A DNA stretch of 64,000 bases from Candidatus Methanomethylicia archaeon (GTDB taxonomy: Archaea > Thermoproteota > Methanomethylicia > Culexarchaeales > Culexarchaeaceae), in assembly GCA_038727515.1 (NCBI GenBank), contig JAVYVS010000005.1, forward strand, positions 1 through 64,000, given 5' to 3'. The notes beneath the pieces are model-generated. The model ran no database searches. It was not told the origin of the DNA and worked only from the letters and a program-made list of their open reading frames with translations. Made by a program: the position numbers and the translations under genes. Shown one piece after another: positions 30,460 through 41,173 of this stretch. Position 1 is the first letter of the stretch. Every line of letters begins with the position of its first letter.

Positions 30460-32244
30460 GTGTCCATATTGTCTTCTAATTTTAGAATTAGACAACCAAT
30501 AGTTTGTGTACTTGGTCATGTGGATGTGGGTAAAACTTCATTACTAGATAAAATTAGAGGCACTGCTGTTGCTTTAAGAGAACCTGGAACCATGACACAA
30601 CATATTGGAGCAAGTTTTATACCGCAATCTTCATTAAAAAAGATTTGCAGTCAATTGTTAAGTGAAATGAAGATTGAAATTGATTTTCCAGGGTTGTTAT
30701 TTATAGATACACCTGGACATGAAGCATTCGTAAATTTAAGGCGTCGAGGGGGGTCCATTGCTGATATTGCTGTACTCGTAATCGACATTACTAAAGGATT
30801 TCAAAATCAAACGTATGAAGCTATTGATATATTAAAGTCTAGGAAAACCCCCTTTATTGTTGCAGCAAATAAAGTTGATAAAATATCCGGGTGGAAGTCT
30901 CTGCCGGATTCTCCTTTTCTTCATAGTATTAAGAAGCAAACTCCACAAACTATTAAAGTACTTGAAGAACTTAAACAAAAAATAATTTACGAGTTTAATA
31001 AACTAGGTTTTAATGCAGATAGTTTTGAAAAGATCAGAGATTTTTCTAAGACGGTTGCCATAATTCCTACGAGTGCTAAAACTGGTGAGGGTATTCCTGA
31101 ACTCTTGATGGTTCTTATAGGATTATCCAATAAATTTATGCGTGAACGTTTAAAATTTGTAGAAGGTCCTGGAAAGGGCGTTGTACTTGAAGTTCGTGAA
31201 GATCGTGGATTAGGGATATGTCTTGATACTATAATCTACGATGGAATAATTAAACGAGGTGACTTAATAGTTATAGGTGGTTTGGAAAAGCCTTTAGTAA
31301 GTAGAGTAAGAGCCCTATTACTTCCTAAACCACTTGATGAAATTCGTTCACCTGAAGATAAATTTATGGATATAGAAGAGGTTTCTGCAGCTGCTGGGGT
31401 TAGAGTGGTAGCTCCAGATGTGGAAGGAGCTATTGCGGGCGCTCCACTTATAGTCGTCAATGATCCTTCTAAATTAGATGAAGCGATTTGGATTGTTAAG
31501 GAAGAGGTTTCCTCCATTAAATTTTCAAAGGATATTGATGGTGTTATTTTAAAAGCTGATTCTCTCGGTTCGCTTGAAGCTTTAACAAATTATTTGGAGA
31601 ATCTTCAGATTCCAGTTAAGATGGCTGATATTGGACCTGTCTCTAAAAGGGACGTTATAGAAGCATCAATTGTAAGCGCATCTAACCCTTACAGAGGTGT
31701 TATTTTAGCATTTAATGTTAAAATATTGGATGATGCTGAAGTTGAAGCTGTTAATCGTGGAGTCAAGATCTTCCATGATGTAATAATATATAGATTAGTT
31801 GAGGAATATCAAAAATGGTTTACTCAAATGATATCACTTGAAAAAGAGAAGAAATTTACTTCGTTAATTTTTCCAGGTAAAATTAGAATCTTACCTGGAT
31901 ATGTCTTTAGAAGAAGTGAACCAATAATTGTTGGGGTTGAAGTTTTATGTGGAAAAATATTGCCTGGATATACTTTAATTAGAAACGATGGTAAAATTGT
32001 TGGTGAAATTATGCAAATCCAAGATAAAGGTAAAGTATTGAAAGAAGCTTCAAAAGGGATTAGTGTAGCTATATCTATAAAAAGTAATATGATGGTGGGA
32101 AGACATATAAATGAGAATGATATTCTTTATGTAAATGTACCATATGAACATATTGTGGTATTTCTCAAAGAATTTGTTGATAGACTCTCTGAGGAGGAAA
32201 TAAACTTGTTAAAGGAAATACAAAAAATAAAGAGGGGTGAGTAA
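30460..32244 (+). CDS. infB: Translation initiation factor aIF5B (IF-2)
   Basis: GHVDVGKT, TQHIGA, DTPGHEAF, NKVD, GSLEAL. Confidence 0.97.
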   Translation: MSILSSNFRIRQPIVCVLGHVDVGKTSLLDKIRGTAVALREPGTMTQHIGASFIPQSSLKKICSQLLSEMKIEIDFPGLLFIDTPGHEAFVNLRRRGGSIADIAVLVIDITKGFQNQTYEAIDILKSRKTPFIVAANKVDKISGWKSLPDSPFLHSIKKQTPQTIKVLEELKQKIIYEFNKLGFNADSFEKIRDFSKTVAIIPTSAKTGEGIPELLMVLIGLSNKFMRERLKFVEGPGKGVVLEVREDRGLGICLDTIIYDGIIKRGDLIVIGGLEKPLVSRVRALLLPKPLDEIRSPEDKFMDIEEVSAAAGVRVVAPDVEGAIAGAPLIVVNDPSKLDEAIWIVKEEVSSIKFSKDIDGVILKADSLGSLEALTNYLENLQIPVKMADIGPVSKRDVIEASIVSASNPYRGVILAFNVKILDDAEVEAVNRGVKIFHDVIIYRLVEEYQKWFTQMISLEKEKKFTSLIFPGKIRILPGYVFRRSEPIIVGVEVLCGKILPGYTLIRNDGKIVGEIMQIQDKGKVLKEASKGISVAISIKSNMMVGRHINENDILYVNVPYEHIVVFLKEFVDRLSEEEINLLKEIQKIKRGE

Positions 32245-32247
32245 TAT

Positions 32248-32610
32248 ATGGCTAAGTTTAAATTGGTTGTAAGTAATCCAAAGAACGGTAAATCAAAAAC
32301 TTTTGAAGTAGATGAGCAGAGATCTGCGTATTTAATTGGACTAAAAATAGGCGATGTTATTGATGGATCAATTATTGATCTACCAAATTTAAAATTGAAA
32401 ATTACTGGTGGTAGCGATTCTTCTGGTTTCCCGATGATTCCATATCTTCCAGGTGGTAAGAAATACAGAATCCTATTATCTCATCCTCCCGGTTTTCATC
32501 CTAAAGAGGATGGACTTAGAAAACGTAAAACTGTTAGGGGAAATACTATTACAAGTGATATCGTCCAAATAAATACTGTAATTGTTGAAGGTGATTTACC
32601 TGATGGATAA
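32248..32610 (+). CDS. rps6e: 30S ribosomal protein S6e
   Basis: ITGGSDSSGFPM, RKRKTVRG, QIN. Confidence 0.96.
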   Translation: MAKFKLVVSNPKNGKSKTFEVDEQRSAYLIGLKIGDVIDGSIIDLPNLKLKITGGSDSSGFPMIPYLPGGKKYRILLSHPPGFHPKEDGLRKRKTVRGNTITSDIVQINTVIVEGDLPDG

Positions 32611-33871
32611 TAATCTAATTCAAGAATCTGAAGAATTACATGAGTATAAACAACCTGAATGTAATATTGGTACTACGGGTCATGTAGATCATGGTAAAAC
32701 AACATTAGTTCAAGCTTTAACTGGTATTTGGACAGCGAGGCATAGTGAAGAATTAAAAAGGGGATTAACCTTAAAATTGGGTTATGCAGATGCAACTATT
32801 AGGAAGTGCCCTAATTGTCCTCCACCAGAATGTTATACTACTAAGTCTAAGTGTCCTGTATGTGGTTCTGCTACGCAGATTATTAGGCGGGTATCTTTTG
32901 TTGATTGTCCAGGTCATGAAATGCTTATGGCAAGTATGCTTGCTGGAGCTACATTAATGGATGGTGCATTAATGGTCATTGATTCTACTCAACCATGTCC
33001 TCAACCACAAACACGTGAACACTTAATAGCTCTTGAAATGATTGGTTTAAAGAACATAATAATTGTTCAAAATAAAATAGAACTTGCTGAGCGTGAAACT
33101 TTAATTAAAAATTATAGAGAAATTAAAGCCTTCGTTAAAGGTAGTATAGCAGAAGATGCTCCGATAATACCTGTTTCTGCTCTTCATGGAATAAATATTG
33201 ATGTGTTAATACAAGCGATTGAGGAATATATCCCCACACCATTTAGAGATGAATCTAAACCTGCAAGAATGTATATTGCTAGATCATTTGATGTTAATAA
33301 GCCAGGAACTCCTTTTAACAAACTTTTAGGGGGAGTTATTGGGGGTTCAATAATGCAGGGTGTTTTAAGGTTAGATGATGAAATAGAAATTAGCCCTGGT
33401 ATATTAATTGAACGTAATGGGAAAATTGAACACATGCCATTATATACACGTGCTGTAAGCTTAAAGGCGGGAGAAGTTCCCGTTAAAATAGCTAAACCTG
33501 GGGGTCTTGTGGGTGTTGGGACATTGTTAGATCCATCTTTAACTAAAGCTGATGCCCTTGCTGGTAATGTTGCAGGTATTCCAGGTACTCTCCCACCAGT
33601 ATGGTATGAATTTTCCTTTGAACCTCACTTATTAGAGTGGGTTGTCGGATTAAAAGAACCTCAACGTGTAGAACCATTAAAAGTTAAAGAGCAAATAATG
33701 ATAAATGCTGGTACAGCTACAACCCTTGGGGTTATAACTTCCATTTCTAAAGAGAATGTTCATGTATCTTTGAAAAGGCCTATTTGTATGGAGGTAAATA
33801 GTAGAATTGCCCTAAGTAGAAGAGTTAGTGGTAGATGGAGATTAATAGGTTATGGCATCATTAGAGGTTAG
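32603..33871 (+). CDS. eif2g: Translation initiation factor 2 gamma subunit
   Basis: GHVDHGKT, SEELKRG, DCPGHE, QPQTREH, RSFDVNKPG, WRLIGYG. Confidence 0.97.
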   Translation: MDNNLIQESEELHEYKQPECNIGTTGHVDHGKTTLVQALTGIWTARHSEELKRGLTLKLGYADATIRKCPNCPPPECYTTKSKCPVCGSATQIIRRVSFVDCPGHEMLMASMLAGATLMDGALMVIDSTQPCPQPQTREHLIALEMIGLKNIIIVQNKIELAERETLIKNYREIKAFVKGSIAEDAPIIPVSALHGINIDVLIQAIEEYIPTPFRDESKPARMYIARSFDVNKPGTPFNKLLGGVIGGSIMQGVLRLDDEIEISPGILIERNGKIEHMPLYTRAVSLKAGEVPVKIAKPGGLVGVGTLLDPSLTKADALAGNVAGIPGTLPPVWYEFSFEPHLLEWVVGLKEPQRVEPLKVKEQIMINAGTATTLGVITSISKENVHVSLKRPICMEVNSRIALSRRVSGRWRLIGYGIIRG

Positions 33872-34286
33872 ATCCTTGGATAGAAAGTGTATTACTGTGT
33901 TGTTAGATACTAATATCTTAATTCTAGCTATTAATAGATCGATAGACATATTTAGTGAAATAGAGAGGTTAATTCCTGAATTACATAGATGTGCAGTTTT
34001 GAGTAGTGTTGTAGATGAACTAAATAAACTTGCTTCTCTAGGTTCAAATAAAGATAAGATCTTAGCTAGAGCCGCACTTAAAATTGTAAATAGATGTGAG
34101 GTGATTCATATTAATTCTTATACAGACACTGATGAATCAATATTATACTTTGCAAAAAATAATCGTGGAGGTATTGTAGTTGCAACTAATGATTTTAATT
34201 TAAAACATAAACTTAGAGATATGGGTATTCCCGTAATATACCTCAGGGATTTTGATCATCTTGATATTGAGGGAGAAATTTTTTGA
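33852..34286 (+). CDS. PIN-domain protein (Fcf1/Utp24-like)
   Basis: LDTN, V.DEL, D..I, VATND; usual position after eif2g; start may be TTG at 33876. Confidence 0.9.
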   Translation: MASLEVRSLDRKCITVLLDTNILILAINRSIDIFSEIERLIPELHRCAVLSSVVDELNKLASLGSNKDKILARAALKIVNRCEVIHINSYTDTDESILYFAKNNRGGIVVATNDFNLKHKLRDMGIPVIYLRDFDHLDIEGEIF

Positions 34287-34360
34287 GGAAGAATTTTAAT
34301 AGTTCTTTATTTCAAATTGTTAATATATGATTACGCCATAAGTGTATGGAGTGATTGGAG

Positions 34361-34912
34361 ATGTATTATATTGTAAAATTGAAGGATGTTGTTAGAATTC
34401 CCCCACAATATTTTGGTAGCCCTTTAGAAAAAGTTGCATTAGAATTTTTACGTAACAAATATGAAGGATTTATAGATGCGGAACTAGGTATAATCATTGC
34501 ATTATTGAATGTTGAAGTATCCCCTGTTGGAAAGATAATTCATGGTGACGGTGCAAGTTATCATGATGTAACTTTTCATGCTCTTACATTCTATCCAGTA
34601 ATTCAAGAGGTTATTGAAGGTGAAGTTGTTGATGTTACTGATTTTGGTATTTTTGTTAGGTTAGGACCAATAGATGGTTTAGTACATGTATCACAAATTA
34701 TGGATGACTATATAGTATACGATAAGAAAAGAGGAGCTTTACAAGGTAAAGAAAGTACAAGGATTGTGAAAAAGGGAGATTATATTAGAGCTAGAATAGT
34801 TACCGCAAGTTTGTCCCCTAAAAGTGTTAAAATTGGTTTAACAATGCGTCAACCTTTTCTCGGAGTTCTATCATGGATAGAAGAGGATATTAAAAAGTTG
34901 AGTGGAAAATAG
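34361..34912 (+). CDS. rpoE1: RNA polymerase subunit E' (Rpo7)
   Basis: VRIPP, GDGA, GPIDGLVHVSQ, GLTMRQP.LG. Confidence 0.97.
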   Translation: MYYIVKLKDVVRIPPQYFGSPLEKVALEFLRNKYEGFIDAELGIIIALLNVEVSPVGKIIHGDGASYHDVTFHALTFYPVIQEVIEGEVVDVTDFGIFVRLGPIDGLVHVSQIMDDYIVYDKKRGALQGKESTRIVKKGDYIRARIVTASLSPKSVKIGLTMRQPFLGVLSWIEEDIKKLSGK

Positions 34913-34918
34913 GGGGAA

Positions 34919-35128
34919 TTGATTTTGCCTAAACGAGGTTTACCATTTAAAGCATGTAGAAATTGTCATTATCTTGTTAGTGATGATGAGGTTAAATGTC
35001 CTGCCTGTGGTTCAAAAACTTTTTCTAGTGAGTGGGATGGTTTAGTTATAATTCTAAATGCTGAGAGTGAAACTGCTAAAATCTTAAATAAGAAAAAGAC
35101 GGGGAGATATGCTATTGAAGTCCATTGA
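34919..35128 (+). CDS. spt4: Transcription elongation factor Spt4 (RpoE'')
   Basis: ACRNC...CPACG...W.G, G.YAI. Confidence 0.95.
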   Translation: MILPKRGLPFKACRNCHYLVSDDEVKCPACGSKTFSSEWDGLVIILNAESETAKILNKKKTGRYAIEVH

Positions 35129-35672
35129 GACACACCCTCAAATAAATAAACTTGTTTTAAATAGGTTATATGAGGATAAATTTAAGTTACCCTACGGAAT
35201 TCTTTTCGAAGGGGATTTCAATAATTTCTATCATGAACTTATTAAAAAATTGAGTGAAATAAATCCCAAAATGATAATTACAGTTGGTGATTATGTTACT
35301 TACTCCTTTTTAAATAAAGGGATCTCCATAAATGTTGCTATCATTGATTTTAAAATTAAACGTGAAAGTTTTCAATATGACCCAACAACTTTCTTTAAGA
35401 GAAAGTTTATAATTGATAATCCCCCTGGAACTATAAATGCAAGTTCTTGGTTAACTATTCAATATACTCTCTCATTAGAAGATACTTCTCTCATAATTGT
35501 TAATGGAGAAGAGGATTTACTTGCGCTGCCATGTATTTTATGTGCACCATTAAATTCAGTCGTGTTTTTTGGTATACCAAATGTTGGACTTATGCTGGTC
35601 CCTGTAGATTCTAAAGCTAGAGAGTACGCTTTTAACTTATTGAAATTTTTTATACCAGTATCCACACAATAA
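35109..35672 (+). CDS. GTP-dependent dephospho-CoA kinase (DUF359)
   Basis: VGDYVT, D.KIKR, NPPGTI, GEEDLL, G.P..G. Confidence 0.9.
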   Translation: MLLKSIETHPQINKLVLNRLYEDKFKLPYGILFEGDFNNFYHELIKKLSEINPKMIITVGDYVTYSFLNKGISINVAIIDFKIKRESFQYDPTTFFKRKFIIDNPPGTINASSWLTIQYTLSLEDTSLIIVNGEEDLLALPCILCAPLNSVVFFGIPNVGLMLVPVDSKAREYAFNLLKFFIPVSTQ

Positions 35673-35727
35673 CAAATTTATTTATTTGTTTCATTTTCTA
35701 TTTGTAAAGATTGTGGTGAGGATAGTA

Positions 35728-36018
35728 ATGGAGATTGACATTGTCAGCAAGAGGGAAAACAAACTTTTGAGGAGATTGGAATTAGATGTTGTTATAAAGC
35801 ATTTTCACTCTGGTACGCCTCAGAGAGCTGCTCTACGAGAATTTATAGCTTCACAATTTAAAGTTGATGTAGATAGAGTTTATGTTGTGAAGCTAATATC
35901 TGAATATGGTATACCAATAAGTAAGGGTCATATACACATCTATGATTCAAAAGATATAGCTCTTGAAATAGAACCAGATTACATTATAAAGAGAAACACT
36001 TCCTCAACTAAAAATTAA
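35728..36018 (+). CDS. rps24e: 30S ribosomal protein S24e
   Basis: NKLLRR.E, TPQR, IYDS, EPDY; ATG after GGTGAGG. Confidence 0.94.
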   Translation: MEIDIVSKRENKLLRRLELDVVIKHFHSGTPQRAALREFIASQFKVDVDRVYVVKLISEYGIPISKGHIHIYDSKDIALEIEPDYIIKRNTSSTKN

Positions 36019-36051
36019 TAATGTTTACCAATTATTTTGGTGATCCTATAG

Positions 36052-37032
36052 ATGATAATTCTAGGGATAGAGTGTACAGCTCATACTTTTGGTTGTGGTA
36101 TTGTTAATTCTCAAGGTAAAGTTCTCTCCAATATAAACTCTGAATATATACCCACGATCGGTGGTATACATCCTAGAGAGGCTGCGCGTCACCATCTATC
36201 TGTTGCAAAGACTATAATTCATAATGCATTAAGAAATGCTAAGATTGATGTGAAAGAGATTAATGGTTTTGCTGTTTCTCTAGGTCCGGGTTTAGGGCCT
36301 TGTCTTAGAGTTGGTGCAACTGTAGCTAGAGCCTTATCTCTATATCATAATAAGCCTCTAATTCCAGTAAATCATTGTGTAGCTCACATTGAAATTGCAA
36401 GATTAATGTGTAAAGTTGAAGATCCGCTGGTGGTATATATATCAGGTGGTAACACTATAATTTCTGCCTTTTCTGATGGTAGATATAGGGTTTTTGGAGA
36501 GACTCTTGATATAGCTTTAGGGAATTGTCTAGATGTTTTTGCGAGATATGCAGGTTTACCTCACCCTGGAGGACCACATGTAGAGAAATTAGCGTTGAAG
36601 GGGTCAAGATACATTGAATTACCATATGTTGTTAAGGGGCAAGACGTTTCTTTTTCAGGATTGCTCACTGCAGCTATAAAGAAACTTAAAAATGGTGTAC
36701 GTTTAGAAGACTTATGCTATAGTTTACAGGAAACTGCTTTTTCAATGATATGTGAAGTTACCGAGAGAGCATTAGTTCATACAGGTAAAGATTCTATCCT
36801 TCTAACCGGAGGTGTAGCTGCAAATAATAGATTGAAATCCATGATTGAATCCGTCGCTAAAGATCATGGAGCATCATTTTTTGCAGTCCCCACAGAATAT
36901 GCTAGGGATAATGGAGCTATGATAGCTTGGACTGGCATATTATCTCTAATGCATAATGTCACCATTAATGTAAGTGAAAGCTTTATTCGTCCTAGATGGA
37001 GGTTAGATGATGTGGAGATACCTTGGAGATGA
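36052..37032 (+). CDS. kae1: KEOPS t6A synthase Kae1
   Basis: GIECTAH, GIHPREA, GPGLGP, HCVAH, SGGNT, GETLD, DNGAMIA. Confidence 0.97.
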   Translation: MIILGIECTAHTFGCGIVNSQGKVLSNINSEYIPTIGGIHPREAARHHLSVAKTIIHNALRNAKIDVKEINGFAVSLGPGLGPCLRVGATVARALSLYHNKPLIPVNHCVAHIEIARLMCKVEDPLVVYISGGNTIISAFSDGRYRVFGETLDIALGNCLDVFARYAGLPHPGGPHVEKLALKGSRYIELPYVVKGQDVSFSGLLTAAIKKLKNGVRLEDLCYSLQETAFSMICEVTERALVHTGKDSILLTGGVAANNRLKSMIESVAKDHGASFFAVPTEYARDNGAMIAWTGILSLMHNVTINVSESFIRPRWRLDDVEIPWR

Positions 37033-37037
37033 ACTTT

Positions 37038-37700
37038 ATGATGAAATTATTAAAGAAAGGGGCTGAAGCTGAATTATATCTAATTGATTGGTTTGGTTAT
37101 AAGGCTGTTAAAAAGTTACGTATAGAAAAAAAGTCTAGGGTCAAAGAATTAGATATATATTTACGTAGGTATAGGACTTCAAATGAAGCAAAGTTATTAA
37201 TCAATGTAAAAAGGATTAAAGTACCAGTACCAGTAGTTTTTGATGTTGATTTAAATGAATGCTCCATAACTATGGAGTTTTTAGAAGGAGTTTCGCTGAG
37301 AGAATTAATTCCGCAAATGAACATTGAAAAATTAAAAGAAGTTTTTATAGTGCTTGGAGGCATTGTTGGAACTATGCATCAAAATGGCTTTTTTCATGGT
37401 GATTTAACAACATCCAACATCATACTTGTTGATCAAAAAATCTTTTTAATAGATTTTGGTTTAGGAGGTTCATCTAAAGAAATAGAATTGTTTGGTGTAG
37501 ATATACATCTAATGTTAAGAGCTTTAGAAAGCACTCATCACGAAATTTCTCGGAAATGCTTCGAATATTTTAAATCGGGATACATTGAGAATTTTAACCA
37601 ATATAAAGCTGTGTTAAACAAAGTGGACGAAATAAGAAAGAGGGGGAGATATGTCACTGAAAGAAGAATTAGATTATCAGACAATACTCTTCGTATCTAA
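37038..37700 (+). CDS. bud32: KEOPS kinase/ATPase Bud32
   Basis: KGAEA, HGDLTTSN, IDFGL, RKRGRY. Confidence 0.96.
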   Translation: MMKLLKKGAEAELYLIDWFGYKAVKKLRIEKKSRVKELDIYLRRYRTSNEAKLLINVKRIKVPVPVVFDVDLNECSITMEFLEGVSLRELIPQMNIEKLKEVFIVLGGIVGTMHQNGFFHGDLTTSNIILVDQKIFLIDFGLGGSSKEIELFGVDIHLMLRALESTHHEISRKCFEYFKSGYIENFNQYKAVLNKVDEIRKRGRYVTERRIRLSDNTLRI

Positions 37701-38262
37701 AAATAAAAATAAGTTTATTGAAGCTTCAAATATACTTAAAAATTATGGTATTAAGTTAGATTGGGCTCCATTTTCAAAGATGGAAATACAATCTATTTCT
37801 TTAAGTGAAATAGCTTCAAGTGCTGCAAAAAACGCTTTTGAAACTCTGAGGAAACCTTTAATAGTTGAAGATGATGGATTGTTTATAAAAGCTTTAAATG
37901 GATTTCCAGGGCCTTATTCTTCCTATGTTTATAGTACCATAGGACTTGATGGAATTTTAAAATTAATGGAGAATATAAAGGATAGAGAATGTTTCTTTGA
38001 GTCTGCAGTAGCCTTTTGTAATGGTAGTCTAAATAAAGTTTTCTTAGGACGGGTTTATGGTACAATTTCTGAAAGTATTAGAGGACAAGGTGGTTTTGGA
38101 TTTGACCCTATTTTCATACCTAGAGGTGAATCTATTACATTTGCTGAAATGTCATTGGAATATAAATGCTCTATTAGTCATAGGGCTATTGCTTTAAAAT
38201 CCTTTGCCGAATGGTTCTCAAAAAATTTTAAATATTTTGGTGACAACTTCGTAAATTGTTAG
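37651..38262 (+). CDS. rdgB: Non-canonical purine NTP pyrophosphatase (XTP/dITP diphosphatase)
   Basis: N..K, EDDGL, GFPGPYS, GFGFDPIF, SHR. Confidence 0.95.
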   Translation: MSLKEELDYQTILFVSKNKNKFIEASNILKNYGIKLDWAPFSKMEIQSISLSEIASSAAKNAFETLRKPLIVEDDGLFIKALNGFPGPYSSYVYSTIGLDGILKLMENIKDRECFFESAVAFCNGSLNKVFLGRVYGTISESIRGQGGFGFDPIFIPRGESITFAEMSLEYKCSISHRAIALKSFAEWFSKNFKYFGDNFVNC

Positions 38263-38271
38263 GGGTTAGAA

Positions 38272-38724
38272 TTGAAGAAGAGTAAGGAGAAGGGGAAATC
38301 CCATTCCACGAGACCCATTAGGGTAGAAGCTCCTAAATGGGTAGATTATACTCCAGAAGACGTTGAAAACTTAGTTGTAAATCTTGCTAGGAGAGGTTAT
38401 TCTCCATCCATGATTGGGATTATATTAAGGGATCAATATGGAATTCCACTAGTTAAAGCTGTAACTGGGAAAACTATAACAGAAATTCTACGAAACAATG
38501 GTTTATCCCCATCTATACCTGAAGATTTAAATAACCTTATTAAAAGAGCAGAAAATATTAAGCGACATCTCGAAGAACATCCTAAAGATAAATCTAGTAG
38601 ACGTGGACTACAATTGATAGAATCAAAAATTTGGCGTCTTATAAAGTATTATAAGAGTCAAGGGGTTCTACCATCTGATTGGAAATATGAATTCAGCGGG
38701 TTAAAGACAGTAAAGCTTAGATAA
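38272..38724 (+). CDS. rps15: 30S ribosomal protein S15 (uS15)
   Basis: [33 protein letters not shown]. Confidence 0.97.
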   Translation: MKKSKEKGKSHSTRPIRVEAPKWVDYTPEDVENLVVNLARRGYSPSMIGIILRDQYGIPLVKAVTGKTITEILRNNGLSPSIPEDLNNLIKRAENIKRHLEEHPKDKSSRRGLQLIESKIWRLIKYYKSQGVLPSDWKYEFSGLKTVKLR

Positions 38725-38757
38725 ACCTGTTACATTCAATTATTTTGGTTTAGGAAA

Positions 38758-40212
38758 TTGACCTTTGAAAACATTTTACCAAAAGATTTCGTTGATACCA
38801 TTAAAATAGCTATTGAGAAAATTAATGAATGGAATAATGAGAACTCATTTTTCAATGTGTTCACCCATCTAGATGCAGATGGATTAGCTTCCGGTGGAAT
38901 TATTTGTTCAATTTTAAAAAAACTAGAAGCTCCCTTTAGAATTAGAGTTTTCAATCAATTAACTGAAGATACTATATCTACTTTGAAGCTTAGAGAAAGG
39001 GATGTAGCTATTTTTACAGATTTTGGAAGTAGTCAAAAGGATATGTTGAAAAGATTTTTGAGGGTTCCATATATCATCATTGATCATCATCAACCCAAAG
39101 GTGAATTTGAAAATAGTGATTCAATAGAAATTAACCCTCATTATTTTGGGATAGATGGATCATCAGAGATAAGTTCTTCCGGTTTGTCATATTTACTAGC
39201 TAAAAATTTTTCCAGTAAAAACGTTACTCTTTCTACAGTGGCCATTGTTGGTGCACTTGGTGATAGGCAAGATTGTGGAGAAAATTTCAGCCTTATAGGT
39301 TTAAATAAGTTGTTAGTGTCTGAAGCTGTTGAAAATAAACTTTTAGATGTAAAAATTGGTTTAAGACTTTTTGGATTCGAATCAAGGTCAATAGTTAAAA
39401 GTTTAGAGTATACGATTGATCCATTAATACCAGGGTTGAGTGGAGATTTTAATGCGTGTATGCAATTTCTTAAAAGTATTGGTATTTCTCCAATTGATGA
39501 AAATGGTATCTTGAGAAGAGGATCCGATTTATCTAGTGATGAAACTCGTAAACTAATTGTTGAAATAATTAAATATATGTTGAGCCATGGTGTTTCTAGT
39601 GATGTTGCTGAAAGTATTATTGGAACAGTCTATACCCTAATTAAAGAGAGTCCAGATTCATGTTTAAGGGATGCTAGAGAATTTTCTTCAGTTTTAAATG
39701 CTTGTGGAAGAATGGGATTTCCAAGTTATGGTTTAGCATTATGTATGGGGATTAGGGGTGTTATTGTTCAAAGGATTTCTGAAATTGCTGGCAGCTATCG
39801 TAAAGAGATTTCAAGAATGTTGAATTGGTTTAATCTCAATAGAGATAGACTTAGATCTTTAAAGAATATATACTTTATAAGTCTTGAGAGTAACTTTGAT
39901 GAGAAAATGTTGAGTACATTTATATCCATCATATATTCATCAAAAATGGTTCCAACGGATAAACCTATTGTAAGTTCTGTCTTAACTAGAAGTGGAAAAT
40001 TGAAAATTTCTTGCAGAGCTGAACGTAGTCTAGTTAAAAAGGGTATAAACCTTGGATTAGCTACGAGATTAACTGCAGAAGCCGTGGGAGGTATTGGGGG
40101 TGGTCATGATGTTGCTGCTGGTGCAGAAATTCCATCTGATTCTGAAGAGCAATTTCTTAAAATTTTAGATGAAGTTATTGGTAAGCAAATTTCTGGTGGT
40201 AATAATGCATAA
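38758..40212 (+). CDS. DHH-family RecJ-like nuclease
   Basis: HLDADG, TDFG, IDHH, GDRQ, LNACGR, GGGHDVAAGA; between rps15 and pcc/rps3ae. Confidence 0.92.
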   Translation: MTFENILPKDFVDTIKIAIEKINEWNNENSFFNVFTHLDADGLASGGIICSILKKLEAPFRIRVFNQLTEDTISTLKLRERDVAIFTDFGSSQKDMLKRFLRVPYIIIDHHQPKGEFENSDSIEINPHYFGIDGSSEISSSGLSYLLAKNFSSKNVTLSTVAIVGALGDRQDCGENFSLIGLNKLLVSEAVENKLLDVKIGLRLFGFESRSIVKSLEYTIDPLIPGLSGDFNACMQFLKSIGISPIDENGILRRGSDLSSDETRKLIVEIIKYMLSHGVSSDVAESIIGTVYTLIKESPDSCLRDAREFSSVLNACGRMGFPSYGLALCMGIRGVIVQRISEIAGSYRKEISRMLNWFNLNRDRLRSLKNIYFISLESNFDEKMLSTFISIIYSSKMVPTDKPIVSSVLTRSGKLKISCRAERSLVKKGINLGLATRLTAEAVGGIGGGHDVAAGAEIPSDSEEQFLKILDEVIGKQISGGNNA

Positions 40213-40459
40213 TTGTATCTTAAAAGTTTATTTAGATGATGAAAAAGTTTTAAAATCCATTTTTGAAGCTTTAAACCCAGACAATTGTATTCTTCCAGAT
40301 AACATGAGTATTTCTTCTTTTATTAATGGCAACTGTTTAATCATAATAATCAATTGTAAAGAACGTATAGGGTCGTTGCTTAATACAATTGACGAATTAA
40401 TTGCAAGTATTAATGTGGGTATTGAAAGTATAAAGATTTCGCAACAAACATATAAGTAA
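40205..40459 (+). CDS. KEOPS Pcc1-family protein (Pcc2-like paralog)
   Basis: IFEALNPDN...SLLNTIDEL; position before rps3ae. Confidence 0.75.
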   Translation: MHNCILKVYLDDEKVLKSIFEALNPDNCILPDNMSISSFINGNCLIIIINCKERIGSLLNTIDELIASINVGIESIKISQQTYK

Positions 40460-40500
40460 GTTTTATGTAAAATATCTGCAAATTAGTGAGGTGCCTTTGT

Positions 40501-41109
40501 GTGGCTTCAAGGGTTCGTGATAAATGGCGTATGAAGAAACCTTATAAAGTACTTGCATCTACAGCTTTTGGCTCAAGTGAGATTGGGATAACTTTAGCTG
40601 ATAATGAATCAAAATTATATAATAGAGTTGTTGAAACTTCTCTAAGTGATTTAGTTGGAGATTTTTCATTTCTACATATAAAGTTGCGGTTCAAAATAGT
40701 TGAAGTTAATGATTCTATTTGTAAAACTATATTTAAAGGTCATGAATTGTCTAGAGATTATATTAGAAGTCTTATACGTAGAGGTAGCACTCTCGTTGAT
40801 GGGATATTTAACGTAACAACAAAAGATAGTTACACCTTAAGAATAACTGTTATAGCAATAACTAGATATAGGGCTAAAACATCCCAGGCAAAGGCTATTA
40901 GAAGGATTATGAAAGAAATAGTTTCATCTAGAGCTTCGGAGTTAAGTTTTGATGAATTTGTTCAACAAATGGTTTTAGGAAAGATAGCATCTGATATATA
41001 TAACTCCGCAAAGAAAATTTATCCTATTAAAAAGGTTGAAATTAGTAAAAGTAAGCTAATCTCCTTGCCAGAAAAAAGTGAGAGTACGGTTGTAACAGAA
41101 GTAAAATAA
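40501..41109 (+). CDS. rps3ae: 30S ribosomal protein S3Ae (eS1)
   Basis: DKWRMK, RDYIRSLIRR, KKIYP. Confidence 0.96.
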   Translation: MASRVRDKWRMKKPYKVLASTAFGSSEIGITLADNESKLYNRVVETSLSDLVGDFSFLHIKLRFKIVEVNDSICKTIFKGHELSRDYIRSLIRRGSTLVDGIFNVTTKDSYTLRITVIAITRYRAKTSQAKAIRRIMKEIVSSRASELSFDEFVQQMVLGKIASDIYNSAKKIYPIKKVEISKSKLISLPEKSESTVVTEVK

Positions 41110-41173
41110 TATTACGTTTATCATTAAGTTAAATATTTTTATTAGTCCAATCATATTCACAAATGAATGGTAC